NCBI GenBank assembly: GCA_012798115.1 | Contig: JAAZNV010000006.1 | Location: forward strand, 155,971-219,970 | Origin: a candidate division WWE3 bacterium | Lineage (GTDB): Bacteria; Patescibacteriota; WWE3; UBA101185; UBA10185 | DNA length: 64,000 nt | Reading direction: 5' to 3' | Program-made: the position numbers and the translations under genes | Shown here: positions 47,158 to 56,945 of the stretch, one piece after another | Layout: each line of letters starts with the position of its first letter | How positions within the stretch are numbered: position 1 is the stretch's first letter | The notes under the pieces: generated by a model | The model's input: the letters and a program-made list of their open reading frames with translations, nothing else | The model's database searches: none | What the model was told of the DNA's origin: nothing

Positions 47158-47988
47158 ATGCAAGTATATATTTTAAATATATTAGTAATAGTAGAGTCTA
47201 TCCTTTTGCTTATCACTTCTCTTATTCTTTTTTCCAAAACGAGAAATTTAACAAATCTAAAAAAATATGAAGAAGCTTTAATTAATGCACAAGCTGAGCA
47301 ACAAGCAAAGGAAAATGACTTTTTTCCAATGTTAGTTCATGAACTAAGAGCACCTCTGTCTGTAATTCAAGGTGCAGCAGATCTTCTTATTAAAAGCACA
47401 GAAGATTTAAACGCGGAACAAATTCATACTCTTTTAAACCAAATAAAAATATCTTCTTCAAGTTTACTTGAAATGGTTGGAGAGATTTTAGATGTCTCTA
47501 AAATGGAAGGTGGAAAATTTCAGATTAATAAAACCTATGGATCCATAGAAGATGTATTAAAAGAACAATGTAGCTACTTTGAACCTGTTGCAAAAGTTAG
47601 AAAAGTTACATTATCTTGCCCGAAGTTAGAAGATCTTCCTAGTTTTAGTTTTGACCCAGAAAGGATAAAGCAAGTATTAAATAATTTAATATCAAATGCC
47701 ATTAAATTTAGCTTAGAAGGCGGCTCCATTGTTATAACATCAAAGAAAGATTATGGTTTTGTTAGAATTGAAGTTGTTGATAATGGCGTTGGGGTGGCTG
47801 ATAAAGATAAGCCTCTTCTTTTTCAAAAGTTTTTTCAAGCATCAAACCATAAAGATATAAAAGAGAAGGGCACTGGTTTAGGACTTGTCATTGCAAAAGG
47901 TATAGTTGAAGCTCATGGTGGAAAAATATGGGTGGAAGACAATAAACCTAAAGGCTCTAAGTTTATATTTACGATTCCTTTAAGGTAG
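47158..47988 (+). CDS. Sensor-less membrane-anchored histidine kinase
   Basis: One TM helix, HELRAPL H-box, NNLISNAIKF, DNGVG, GTGLGL. Confidence 0.92.
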   Translation: MQVYILNILVIVESILLLITSLILFSKTRNLTNLKKYEEALINAQAEQQAKENDFFPMLVHELRAPLSVIQGAADLLIKSTEDLNAEQIHTLLNQIKISSSSLLEMVGEILDVSKMEGGKFQINKTYGSIEDVLKEQCSYFEPVAKVRKVTLSCPKLEDLPSFSFDPERIKQVLNNLISNAIKFSLEGGSIVITSKKDYGFVRIEVVDNGVGVADKDKPLLFQKFFQASNHKDIKEKGTGLGLVIAKGIVEAHGGKIWVEDNKPKGSKFIFTIPLR

Positions 47989-48044
47989 ATTTAAACATTT
48001 AAATTAGTATTGTTCCTAAATTTTTTCAATGTTACTATTTTTAT

Positions 48045-50330
48045 ATGAATAAACAAACTGCTCATATACTTTGGTTTAAGGATATTAGAAAAACAGATAT
48101 CCCGTTAGTTGGAGGAAAAGGAGCTAATTTAGGTGAAATGGTAAGTATAGGAATACCTGTCCCCGATGGCTTTGTGGTTACTGCTAAAGCTTACTTTGAT
48201 TTTATTAATTCCACTTCAATTAGGAAAAAAATATTAACAGAGTTAAATGATCTTGATGTAGATGACCAAGATAAGTTAATGAGAGCTTCTGTAAATATTA
48301 AAACAGCTATTCTTCAAGCTGAAATGCCTAGGGAGCTATCTGAAGAGATAAAGAAATACTACTTGGAACTTTGCGGGGAAACAGACAAGTTAGTAGCAGT
48401 GAGATCATCAGCAACAGCGGAAGATCTTCCTGAAGCTTCCTTTGCAGGTCAACAAGCATCATTTCTTGAAATAAAAGGATGGCAAAATGTAGTTAAACAT
48501 GTTCAAAAGTGTTGGGCATCTTTATTTGAAGCTAGAGCTATCTTTTACAGGGTGACTAATAAGTTTTCACATATGAAGGTAGGAATTGCAGTTCCTGTGC
48601 AGTTAATGGTCCAATCTGATGTATCTGGGATAATGTTTACGGTGAATCCTGTAACCAACAACAGAGATGAAGTGTCTGTGGAGGCAGGATTTGGTCTTGG
48701 GGAACCAATTGTGCTTGGAGAGTTTACCCCTGATCAATACATTGTAAACAAAAAAGCAAGGAAGATAGTGTCAAGATTTATAGCTACTCAAACTTGGCAG
48801 ACCACAATAGCTGGAAAGAAAGTTCCTGTATCTAAGAAGTATCAAAAAGTGCAAAAACTCACTAACAAGCAAATAATAGACCTTACTGAATTTGGTATAA
48901 AGTTAGAGGAGCATTATGATCATCCTCAAGATATTGAGTACGGTATAGAAGATGGAAGGATAAGAATAGTTCAAACAAGGCCAGTTACTACCCTTGTTAA
49001 TAAGACTGCAAATGTTGTAATTAAAGAAAAGGAAGGTACAAAAGCTATTCTTGAAGGTTTAGCAGCTTCGCCAGGAGTAGCATCTGGGAAAGTTAGGATA
49101 GTTAAAGAGCCTAAAGAGATAAGCAAGGTAAGAGAAGGAGATATTTTAGTAGCTGAAATGACTAATCCTGATTATGTGCCTGCTATGAAAAGAGCAGTAG
49201 CTATTGTTACTGATTTAGGGGGAAGAACTAGCCATGCTGCAATAGTTAGTAGAGAGCTTGGGGTTCCAGCAATTGTTGGGACTTTAAACGCCACTAAAAT
49301 GCTTTCTAATGGAGAAGTAATAACAGTAGATGGTAGATCAGGGAAAGTTTATGAGGGTGATATCACTAAGGTTGTTGAGGAAACTAGTAAATCAAAGATA
49401 GATTTATCAAAAGTTAAAACAGCTACAAAGATATATGTAAATCTTGCTGAGCCAGAACTTGCATCAGAAATGGCAGTAAGAAATACAGATGGTGTTGGAC
49501 TTTTAAGAGCTGAGTTTATCATGGCAAACATTGGAACACATCCAAAGAAATTCATTAAAGATGGGAAGAAAAAAGAATTTATTATAAAGCTAGCAGAAGG
49601 AATTGAAAAATTTGCAGAAGCTTTTAATCCCAGGCCAGTTGTTTACAGATTTAATGATTTTAAGTCAAATGAGTATGCAAATCTCAAGGGTGGCAAAGAG
49701 TTTGAGCAAGATGAGCCGAATCCAATGATAGGTTATAGAGGAGTGTCTAGGTATATAAAAGATGCTGACGTATTTGAAATGGAGCTTGAGGCCATAAAAA
49801 TAGTAAGGAACAAGAAAGGATTAAAAAATCTTTGGGTTATGATGCCTTTTGTTAGAACAGTAGGAGAACTACGAGAGGTTAAAAGAATAGTTTCTGCTTC
49901 GGGTTTAAGAAGAGGAGGTACGTTTAAATTTTGGATGATGATCGAAATTCCTTCAAATGTAATTTTACTTGATGAATTTATTGACGAAGGAATAGATGGT
50001 GTTTCTATTGGAACAAATGATTTAACAATGTTGACCTTAGGGCTTGATAGGGACAATGAGAAGATTGCTGATATTTACAATGAAATGGACCCTGCTGTTT
50101 TATGGTCTTTAGAAAGAATAGTAACTACATGTAAAAAAAGAAAAATAACATGTTCTGTGTGTGGACAAGCCCCATCAGTATTTCCTGAGCTAGTAGAAAT
50201 GCTTGTTGATTGGGGTGTTACGTCTGTATCAGTAAGCCCTGACGTCATTGAGAAAACAAGAAGTGTTGTATATGAAGCAGAAAAGAAAGTTTTATCTAAA
50301 AAAGGTAAAGATAACAAGGATAAGAGGTAG
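48045..50330 (+). CDS. ppsA: Phosphoenolpyruvate synthase
   Basis: VGGKGANLGE, VRSSATAEDL..ASFAGQ, GGRTSHAAI, GVGLLRAEF, SIGTNDL, CGQ. Confidence 0.95.
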   Translation: MNKQTAHILWFKDIRKTDIPLVGGKGANLGEMVSIGIPVPDGFVVTAKAYFDFINSTSIRKKILTELNDLDVDDQDKLMRASVNIKTAILQAEMPRELSEEIKKYYLELCGETDKLVAVRSSATAEDLPEASFAGQQASFLEIKGWQNVVKHVQKCWASLFEARAIFYRVTNKFSHMKVGIAVPVQLMVQSDVSGIMFTVNPVTNNRDEVSVEAGFGLGEPIVLGEFTPDQYIVNKKARKIVSRFIATQTWQTTIAGKKVPVSKKYQKVQKLTNKQIIDLTEFGIKLEEHYDHPQDIEYGIEDGRIRIVQTRPVTTLVNKTANVVIKEKEGTKAILEGLAASPGVASGKVRIVKEPKEISKVREGDILVAEMTNPDYVPAMKRAVAIVTDLGGRTSHAAIVSRELGVPAIVGTLNATKMLSNGEVITVDGRSGKVYEGDITKVVEETSKSKIDLSKVKTATKIYVNLAEPELASEMAVRNTDGVGLLRAEFIMANIGTHPKKFIKDGKKKEFIIKLAEGIEKFAEAFNPRPVVYRFNDFKSNEYANLKGGKEFEQDEPNPMIGYRGVSRYIKDADVFEMELEAIKIVRNKKGLKNLWVMMPFVRTVGELREVKRIVSASGLRRGGTFKFWMMIEIPSNVILLDEFIDEGIDGVSIGTNDLTMLTLGLDRDNEKIADIYNEMDPAVLWSLERIVTTCKKRKITCSVCGQAPSVFPELVEMLVDWGVTSVSVSPDVIEKTRSVVYEAEKKVLSKKGKDNKDKR

Positions 50331-50338
50331 TAACTTGT

Positions 50339-51565
50339 ATGCCTAGGATAGAAAATATTAGATGCCAAAAGATTCTTGATTCAAGAGGAAATTGGACGAT
50401 AGAAACAAAGGTTGTTTTGGATGATGGTACTGTTGCTGTTCAACCGGTTCCGTCTGGTGCTTCTGTTGGAGAAAATGAAGCAGTGTATATTGATGAAGAA
50501 AAAGCGTCTGATTTTGTTTCCACATCAATAAATGATGTTCTTCAAGGAAAGGATCCTAGCAATCAAGTTTTAGTAGATGAAACTTTAATAAAAATGGATG
50601 GTACCCACAACAAAAGTAAATTAGGAGCAAATAGCATTTTATCCGTGTCATTGGCAGTAGCCAAGGCTTCTGCTTTGTCTCAAGGTAAAGAACTTTATGA
50701 GCATATTAGTGTTCTTTACTCTGGGAAAGAAAAGAATAATGGAGACTTAAGGTTTCCAAGTCCAATCTTTAACATTATAAATGGTGGAAAACATGCTAGG
50801 AATAATCTTTCATTTCAAGAGTTTATACTTATTCCAGCCCTTAACATTCCTTTAAATAAAGCTATTGAGATGGGGGCTAGTGTTTATAAAGATTTAAAGC
50901 AAATATTATCTAATGAAGACTTTGAGACTGGAGTAGGTGATGAAGGTGGCTTTGAGCCTCATGGCTTATCTTGTGATACTGCCTTGGATTTCCTACAACG
51001 GGCAGTAAGTAAACAATATGAAGCTGGAAGAGATTTCTTCTTTGGCGTAGACGTAGCTGCTGGTTCATTTTATGAAGATAATAAATATCATATTAATGAA
51101 GAACATCTTGAGCTTTCTTCAAATGAACTAATTGATTACTATATAAAATTATTGTCTAAGTATGAACTTATATATCTTGAGGACCCACTATTTGAAAAAG
51201 ATGATACTTCTTGGAAGGAAATTTACAAAAAGCTTTCAAGCAAATTAATGATTGTTGGAGATGATCTTGTTGCAACTAATCCTAAAATACTTGAGAAAGT
51301 AATTAAAGAAAAAATATTAAATTCAGTGATTGTAAAACCCAATCAAATAGGAACATTAACTGAAACCTTAGAGTTTATAAGAACAGCAAAAAAGGCAAAG
51401 TTGAGTGTTATCGTTTCCCACAGAAGTGGAGAAAACCCAAATGATACCTTTATATCAGATCTTGCTGTTGCAGTTAATGCTGATTTTATTAAGTCAGGAG
51501 CTCCAGCAAGAGGGGAGAGGGTAGCAAAGTATAACAGGCTTCTTGAGATATTTTACGGATTTTAA
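50339..51565 (+). CDS. eno: Enolase
   Basis: ILDSRGN, PSGAS.G, NGGKH, GDEGGF, VGDDL, KPNQIGT, SHRSGE, GERVAKYNRLL. Confidence 0.95.
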   Translation: MPRIENIRCQKILDSRGNWTIETKVVLDDGTVAVQPVPSGASVGENEAVYIDEEKASDFVSTSINDVLQGKDPSNQVLVDETLIKMDGTHNKSKLGANSILSVSLAVAKASALSQGKELYEHISVLYSGKEKNNGDLRFPSPIFNIINGGKHARNNLSFQEFILIPALNIPLNKAIEMGASVYKDLKQILSNEDFETGVGDEGGFEPHGLSCDTALDFLQRAVSKQYEAGRDFFFGVDVAAGSFYEDNKYHINEEHLELSSNELIDYYIKLLSKYELIYLEDPLFEKDDTSWKEIYKKLSSKLMIVGDDLVATNPKILEKVIKEKILNSVIVKPNQIGTLTETLEFIRTAKKAKLSVIVSHRSGENPNDTFISDLAVAVNADFIKSGAPARGERVAKYNRLLEIFYGF

Positions 51566-52884
51566 TTCTTTATCACATACGCTGCGTAGTCTTGTCCTAA
51601 TGGAGTTTCTATCCTTGCTGTTTCTTCATTGCTTAAATGCTCAAAATGTTTTCTAAACCCTCTTATTGAGTTGCCATGACAAGAAATAGCGATTTTAACT
51701 TTTGTTCCTTTAACTTGTTTTATTAAGTCATCGCAAAAGCTAGCTACTCTTTCACACACCATTTCTATGCTTTCTCCACTTGGTGGGGTGTAATCATAGG
51801 CTCTTCTTATCTTTTTTAGTTCTTCTGGATCTTTAAGTTGAATTTCAAGTTTGCTCTTACCGGTGAAGTCTCCATAAGATCTTTCTTTTATTCTTTCATC
51901 AGTTTCTATTTCAAGGTCTTTTGCAAACTTATTTAAGGACATAGCTATTTTCATCGTTTCTATAGCTCTTAACTGTGGGGATGATATTAACTTGTCAAAT
52001 TTTATACCTTTTAACTTCTTTGCAAGTACCTTTGCTTGTTTCTCACCTTCTTTGGTTAGTTTTGATTCTCTCCACCCACTAAATATAAAGTCTTTATTGT
52101 CCTGAGTTTGTCCATGTCTAAATATGTAAATGGTTGGGTAATCATCAGATTCTTCTTTAGGTAGTTCATCTACCTTTTTGTAATTAAGTAAATCTTTTGC
52201 TTCTTGTTCTTTATTACTATTCCCTAAATTATTTTCTCCATTGGTCATTAGTTTTGATCTTTGTTTATAACCCCAGAATAAGAGAGCAAGAATTCCAATC
52301 ACGATAATTATTTGCATTATTGTTTCTGATTTATTCAAACCATTTACTAAGGACTCAGATGCTGAAAGTCCGGTGTACCCAAGGTATAAAAAGAATAAGC
52401 TTCTAATTATTGTTCCAAAGAATGTAGATACAATAAAGTTCTTTTTGTTTAGTTTAATAAATCCACAGGTTATAGATATTGGAGAACTAGGTATTATTGG
52501 AATTGATCTTAAAGCGAAAAGCACTAACCAATCTCTTTTTGTTCCATTGAAGTATTTTCCAATCTTTTCAATGTTTTCATGTTTTATTCCAAAGAATTTA
52601 CCAAATTTAGGAATAAATACATCCTCCAATTTATCAGTAATTATGTATAAAAACCATGCTCCTAAAGTTTTTGATACAGATGCAAGAAGAGCAACCATTA
52701 GAATATAGATTAAAGCTTTGTCTTGAGCTCTTGTTATAGATCCTGCGGTAGTTAGTACAAAAGGAGATGGTATTGGAGCTACAACTTCCTCAAGAAAGGA
52801 ACCAATGACAGTAAATATCTCAAGAGGTACTTTTGTAGCTAAGGCCTCTAAATATGTAAGTATTGGTTGAATTAAGTTAGTCAT
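51562..52884 (-). CDS. DedA/VTT membrane domain fused to histidine phosphatase (dPGM/GpmA-like) domain
   Basis: N-half: EEVVAPIPS..LTTAG, LRSIPIIP (DedA). C-half: FRHGQT..N...FSGW, ERSYGD, PPSGES, HGNSIRG. Confidence 0.85.
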   Translation of the reverse strand: MTNLIQPILTYLEALATKVPLEIFTVIGSFLEEVVAPIPSPFVLTTAGSITRAQDKALIYILMVALLASVSKTLGAWFLYIITDKLEDVFIPKFGKFFGIKHENIEKIGKYFNGTKRDWLVLFALRSIPIIPSSPISITCGFIKLNKKNFIVSTFFGTIIRSLFFLYLGYTGLSASESLVNGLNKSETIMQIIIVIGILALLFWGYKQRSKLMTNGENNLGNSNKEQEAKDLLNYKKVDELPKEESDDYPTIYIFRHGQTQDNKDFIFSGWRESKLTKEGEKQAKVLAKKLKGIKFDKLISSPQLRAIETMKIAMSLNKFAKDLEIETDERIKERSYGDFTGKSKLEIQLKDPEELKKIRRAYDYTPPSGESIEMVCERVASFCDDLIKQVKGTKVKIAISCHGNSIRGFRKHFEHLSNEETARIETPLGQDYAAYVIKN

Positions 52885-52983
52885 ACTGTAAGCAAGTTTA
52901 AGTTTACAGTACCGAGTTTAGTTAGTAAATCTAAATATTGGTAAGAAATAGCAGCTTAAAGTGCTTTACTTAATCCTATAGCC

Positions 52984-53012
52984 TTGACTGTGTGCTATCG
53001 ATATGCTAAGAT
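52984..53012 (+). promoter_or_regulatory. sigma70 promoter TTGACT-17-TAAGAT with extended TG
   Basis: Upstream of ORF 53053, which has SD AGGAGG. Confidence 0.65.
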
Positions 53013-53052
53013 GATCGCAATCTTACGATAGAAAAATAAAAAGGAGGAAAGT

Positions 53053-53436
53053 ATGCCGTTTCCAATTGTATTTGGGATTCCGGAAGGGACATCCAAGGAG
53101 ACGTTGTCTGAGTTGCGCAAAGGTATTGTGTCATCAATTGTTACTACAATGGAAGTTCCTACTAATTGGGTTCATCCATTATTTGTCAGCGACCTGTTAG
53201 GTGAGGAACCTAAGGAAGAAACTGAAGGTTCTAATACCATCTATGTTCGTTTGGACACTGCAATGTTGCATGGAAAGACAGATGCAGATGATCTAGCTGT
53301 ACTGATAACAAGTGATTTGGCGCACGTGGTTCAGCAAACCTTTGGTGGAAAGTACGAGGTAGAGGTTTTTATCGGGGATCTAAACATCAAGTGGAGAACC
53401 CTTTTAAAACCTAACATGAAATCAACCGAAACTTAA
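53053..53436 (+). CDS. Tautomerase/MIF-fold-like protein (Pro at position 2)
   Basis: MPFPIVFGIP start and a two beta-alpha-beta-like pattern. Own promoter, SD and terminator. The CDS is solid, the fold call is tentative. Confidence 0.6.
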   Translation: MPFPIVFGIPEGTSKETLSELRKGIVSSIVTTMEVPTNWVHPLFVSDLLGEEPKEETEGSNTIYVRLDTAMLHGKTDADDLAVLITSDLAHVVQQTFGGKYEVEVFIGDLNIKWRTLLKPNMKSTET

Positions 53437-53454
53437 CATTAGAGTGTACTCTTT

Positions 53455-53487
53455 AAAAGGGCCTTTGCTAAACACACTGGCCCTTTT
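53455..53487. terminator. Bidirectional terminator between ORF 53053 and lexA
   Basis: AAAAGGGCC...GGCCCTTTT. Confidence 0.7.
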
Positions 53488-53491
53488 CTTA

Positions 53492-54124
53492 TTAGTGATT
53501 GTATCTTCTAACAATTCCTGTTACCACACCCTGAACCTTAACTTGATTTGCATCAACAATGATTGGATCCATATTATCGTTGGCAGGTTGAAGTCTTATC
53601 TTTCCATTTTTTTCTTTATAAAAACTTTTTAAGGTAGCAAAACCATCATCAATTAAAGCTACAACTATTTGACCGTTTTCTGCAGTTTCTTGTTGTTTTA
53701 AAACAACATAATCTCCATCCATTATTCCTTCATTTATCATTGAAGAACCTTTGACTTGAAGAACAAAGCATCTTTTTGATTTAGAAACCATGTCGGGGGA
53801 TACCATTACTGTAGAAAGAGGATTTTCTATAGCTTCTATTGGCTCTCCAGCTGCAATATATCCAACTAATGGAAGCTCTATTGCACTTAAGTTTGCATTT
53901 ACAGACACATCAACAATTTCAATTCCTCTTACTGCTCCTTCGTATCTTTTAATAACACCTTTTCTTTCTAATGCTTGAAGATGTTCATGAACAGTTGCAA
54001 GAGAAGATAAGTCCATAGAATCTGCTATTTCTTGCAGAGTAGGTGAGTACCCATTAATCTGAATATACTGAGAAATAAAATCTAAAATTTGTTTTTGTTT
54101 TTTATAAAGAGTTACGGGGCTCAT
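53492..54124 (-). CDS. lexA: SOS repressor LexA
   Basis: GYSPTLQEIA wHTH, IAAG cleavage site, GSSM Ser and TLK Lys dyad. SD AAGGAG before ATG 54124. Confidence 0.95.
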   Translation of the reverse strand: MSPVTLYKKQKQILDFISQYIQINGYSPTLQEIADSMDLSSLATVHEHLQALERKGVIKRYEGAVRGIEIVDVSVNANLSAIELPLVGYIAAGEPIEAIENPLSTVMVSPDMVSKSKRCFVLQVKGSSMINEGIMDGDYVVLKQQETAENGQIVVALIDDGFATLKSFYKEKNGKIRLQPANDNMDPIIVDANQVKVQGVVTGIVRRYNH

Positions 54125-54150
54125 TTTTACTCCTTTTAGAAGAATAAACT

Positions 54151-54202
54151 TACGGATTTTCTTCGTATTTATACGATACCGAATCTTATACGAATATGTC
54201 AA
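54151..54202 (-). promoter_or_regulatory. lexA promoter with candidate LexA operator
   Basis: TTGACA on minus strand at 54197-54202, -10 TATCGT at 54173-54178, CCGAA-N6-ACGAA at 54179-54194 between them, extra TCGTA/TACGA half-sites. Confidence 0.6.
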
Positions 54203-54214
54203 GAGGTAAAAAAT

Positions 54215-54248
54215 TAGCACCTAGAAAGTTTTTTTATTCTAGGTGCTA
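54215..54248. terminator. Hairpin terminator downstream of ORF 54268-54519
   Basis: TAGCACCTAGAA/TTCTAGGTGCTA 12-bp inverted repeat. Confidence 0.7.
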
Positions 54249-54267
54249 TGTAAAAACGAAGTGCCTT

Positions 54268-54519
54268 TTAGCTTTTTTCTTTTACCATGCCAACATCACT
54301 TGGTTTCAGATTCTCTCTTAGGTAAATAAAAAGACCCTTATGTACACCTGAATCGATCTGAAAGCATTGAGGGAGTGCAGAAACGTTGCAGTTACAACAC
54401 CTAATTTTTGCTCCTTTTTCTATGGTGATAGTCCCACCAACTAACGCAGAAAAGTTTTCAGTATTTCTTTCTGCTACATAGGTTGAATCAACCTCCCACT
54501 CGTCTAACTTCTTATTCAA
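54268..54519 (-). CDS. Small hypothetical protein
   Basis: SD AGGAGG before TTG start. Second gene of a 2-gene unit with promoter and terminator. Confidence 0.6.
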   Translation of the reverse strand: MNKKLDEWEVDSTYVAERNTENFSALVGGTITIEKGAKIRCCNCNVSALPQCFQIDSGVHKGLFIYLRENLKPSDVGMVKEKS

Positions 54520-54537
54520 TCTTTCCTCCTTTTTGTT

Positions 54538-54783
54538 TTAGCTTAGGGATTTCCTTAGCTCACTCAAATCTGGATAGGTTAAAACTCCTACTGAACCATA
54601 AGAAAAGGGACCGCTCTTATAGTACACTGCAACAAGCGGTAGCTCCTCGGAAGGTGAATCCTCAGGAATTACTAACACCACTTTTTTCATAAATGGAGGA
54701 AATATTGTTGATCCCCCTACCACCAAAAATTTTTTGGTTACTATCTTCTCCACTAACACCTTCTCCATCATTATTGCCTCCAT
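54538..54783 (-). CDS. Small hypothetical protein
   Basis: Follows a consensus promoter. Start may be a few codons downstream, after GGAGG. Confidence 0.6.
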   Translation of the reverse strand: MEAIMMEKVLVEKIVTKKFLVVGGSTIFPPFMKKVVLVIPEDSPSEELPLVAVYYKSGPFSYGSVGVLTYPDLSELRKSLS

Positions 54784-54799
54784 GTTATTGTAGAATTAT

Positions 54800-54828
54800 A
54801 TTATAGGTCATTAACGTGTTTGTGTCAA
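54800..54828 (-). promoter_or_regulatory. Consensus sigma70 promoter TTGACA-17-TATAAT
   Basis: Plus strand ATTATA at 54800-54805 and TGTCAA at 54823-54828. Confidence 0.8.
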
Positions 54829-54836
54829 GCAATTAT

Positions 54837-54852
54837 GCAAATAATACCCGAA
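54837..54852 (+). promoter_or_regulatory. Candidate SOS box upstream of uvrB
   Basis: GCAAATAATACCCGAA, 13/16 identical to the motif upstream of uvrA. Confidence 0.5.
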
Positions 54853-54871
54853 ACTATGTTATTATTTTTCT

Positions 54872-56887
54872 ATGTTTAAAATATCTTCTCCTTTCAAACC
54901 AACTGGAGATCAACCACAAGCAATAGAAAAACTAACTAAAAACTTAGAAAAAGAAATTAAAGATCAAGTTTTATTAGGTGTAACCGGTAGTGGTAAGACA
55001 TTTGTAATGGCAAATGTAGTACAAAATATTCAAAAGCCAACTCTTGTAATCTCTCATAACAAAACTCTTGCAGCACAGCTCTACCAGGAATTTAGAGAGT
55101 TCTTTCCGAACAATGCTGTTGAGTACTTTGTTAGTTATTATGATTACTATCAACCAGAAAGTTATATTCCTTCAACTGATACATATATAGAAAAGGATTC
55201 TGCAATAAATGAAAAAATAGATAAACTAAGATTATCTACAACAACATCACTCATGACAAGAAAAGATGTAATTGTTGTATCTTCTGTTTCTTGCATTTAT
55301 AACTTAGGGTCTCCAGCAGAATATAGCAAAGTAGCAATTGAGCTGAGGAAAGGAATGAAGTTAAGACTTAATGATTTGCTTATGAGGTTATCTCAAACAC
55401 ATTATGATAGAGCTGATTACGATTTTAAAAGAGGAACATATAGAGTAACTGGTGATGTTATTGATATTTTTCCAGCTTATCAAGATCAAGCAATAAGACT
55501 TGAAATATTTAATGATGTACTTGTAAATGTTTCTTATTTTGATCCCTTAACTGGAAATGAAACTAGGAATACATATGGTGTAGATACTGGGATGATTGTA
55601 ATTTACCCGGCAAAACACTATATAACTGCTCAAGAGAGATTCAAAGATTCAGTAGAAGATATAAGGAAGGACTTACAGCTTAGGTTAAAGGAATTAAGGG
55701 ACAATGGAAAGCAGTTAGAAGCATATAGGCTTGGACAAAGAACAAATTATGACTTGGAGATGATGCAAGAGCTTGGATATTGCAAAGGAATTGAAAACTA
55801 CTCTAGATATTTTGATGGCAGAAATCCAGGAGATGCACCATATACTCTTCTTGATTTCTTTCCTAAAGATTACTTGGTGATAATAGATGAGTCTCACATG
55901 ACGGTTCCTCAAGTAAGAGGAATGTTCAATGGTGATAGATCAAGAAAGGAAACTCTGATAAACTATGGTTTTAGACTTCCATCCGCTCTTGATAATAGAC
56001 CTTTAAATTTTAATGAGTTTTTAAGTAGAACAAATAGAAAAGTTTACGTAAGTGCTACGCCAGATGATTGGGAAATAGAAAGATCTAAGGGTGAAATCGT
56101 TGAACTTTTGCTTAGACCAACAGGAATTGTTGATCCTAAAGTTACCATTCTTCCCACTAAAGGACAGATTGATGATCTTGTAGAAAGAATAGAAGAAAAG
56201 GTATCAAGTAGACAAAGGGTTCTTGTTACCACTCTTACTAAGAGAATGGCAGAAGAGTTGTCCTCTTATCTTAAAGAAAAGAACATAAAAGTTACATATC
56301 TTCACTCTGATGTAGACACTCTTGAAAGAACAGATATTTTAGATGATTTAAGAAAGGGAGAATATGATGTTCTTGTTGGAATAAATTTGTTAAGAGAAGG
56401 GCTTGATCTTCCTGAAGTGTCTTTAGTTGCAATACTTGATGCAGATAAAGAAGGCTTTTTAAGATCAGAGACATCTTTAATTCAAGTTATGGGTAGAGCT
56501 GCAAGACATGTTCAAGGAGAGGTTGTTATGTATGCTGATAATGTTACTGGAAGTATGAAAAGAGCAATTAATGAAGTAGAAAGGAGAAGGGATATACAAC
56601 TTGAATACAACAAGGAACATGAGATAACACCTCAGCAGATTACTAAGCCAATAAGAGAAAAGTTAATAGATCAACAGTTAGAAGAAGAACTAGAAGGAAA
56701 GAAAAAAGACGCATTTATAGATGTAGATTTCAGACAACTTCCACCTTATGAACTGAGGAAAGTAGTGAGAAACTTAGAGAAAGAGATGAAGTATGAAGCT
56801 GAAATATTAAATTTTGAAAGGGCTGCTGTTTTAAGAGATAAAATTAGAGATTTGAGGAAGTTATTTAATGATGTTAGTGGTTGTTGA
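54872..56887 (+). CDS. uvrB: Excinuclease ABC subunit B
   Basis: [56 protein letters not shown]. Confidence 0.97.
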   Translation: MFKISSPFKPTGDQPQAIEKLTKNLEKEIKDQVLLGVTGSGKTFVMANVVQNIQKPTLVISHNKTLAAQLYQEFREFFPNNAVEYFVSYYDYYQPESYIPSTDTYIEKDSAINEKIDKLRLSTTTSLMTRKDVIVVSSVSCIYNLGSPAEYSKVAIELRKGMKLRLNDLLMRLSQTHYDRADYDFKRGTYRVTGDVIDIFPAYQDQAIRLEIFNDVLVNVSYFDPLTGNETRNTYGVDTGMIVIYPAKHYITAQERFKDSVEDIRKDLQLRLKELRDNGKQLEAYRLGQRTNYDLEMMQELGYCKGIENYSRYFDGRNPGDAPYTLLDFFPKDYLVIIDESHMTVPQVRGMFNGDRSRKETLINYGFRLPSALDNRPLNFNEFLSRTNRKVYVSATPDDWEIERSKGEIVELLLRPTGIVDPKVTILPTKGQIDDLVERIEEKVSSRQRVLVTTLTKRMAEELSSYLKEKNIKVTYLHSDVDTLERTDILDDLRKGEYDVLVGINLLREGLDLPEVSLVAILDADKEGFLRSETSLIQVMGRAARHVQGEVVMYADNVTGSMKRAINEVERRRDIQLEYNKEHEITPQQITKPIREKLIDQQLEEELEGKKKDAFIDVDFRQLPPYELRKVVRNLEKEMKYEAEILNFERAAVLRDKIRDLRKLFNDVSGC

Positions 56888-56945
56888 CTACACTTTTAAT
56901 TAGGTGTGTAATTTTAATGTAAGTATTTTGTGAAAGGATAGGCTT

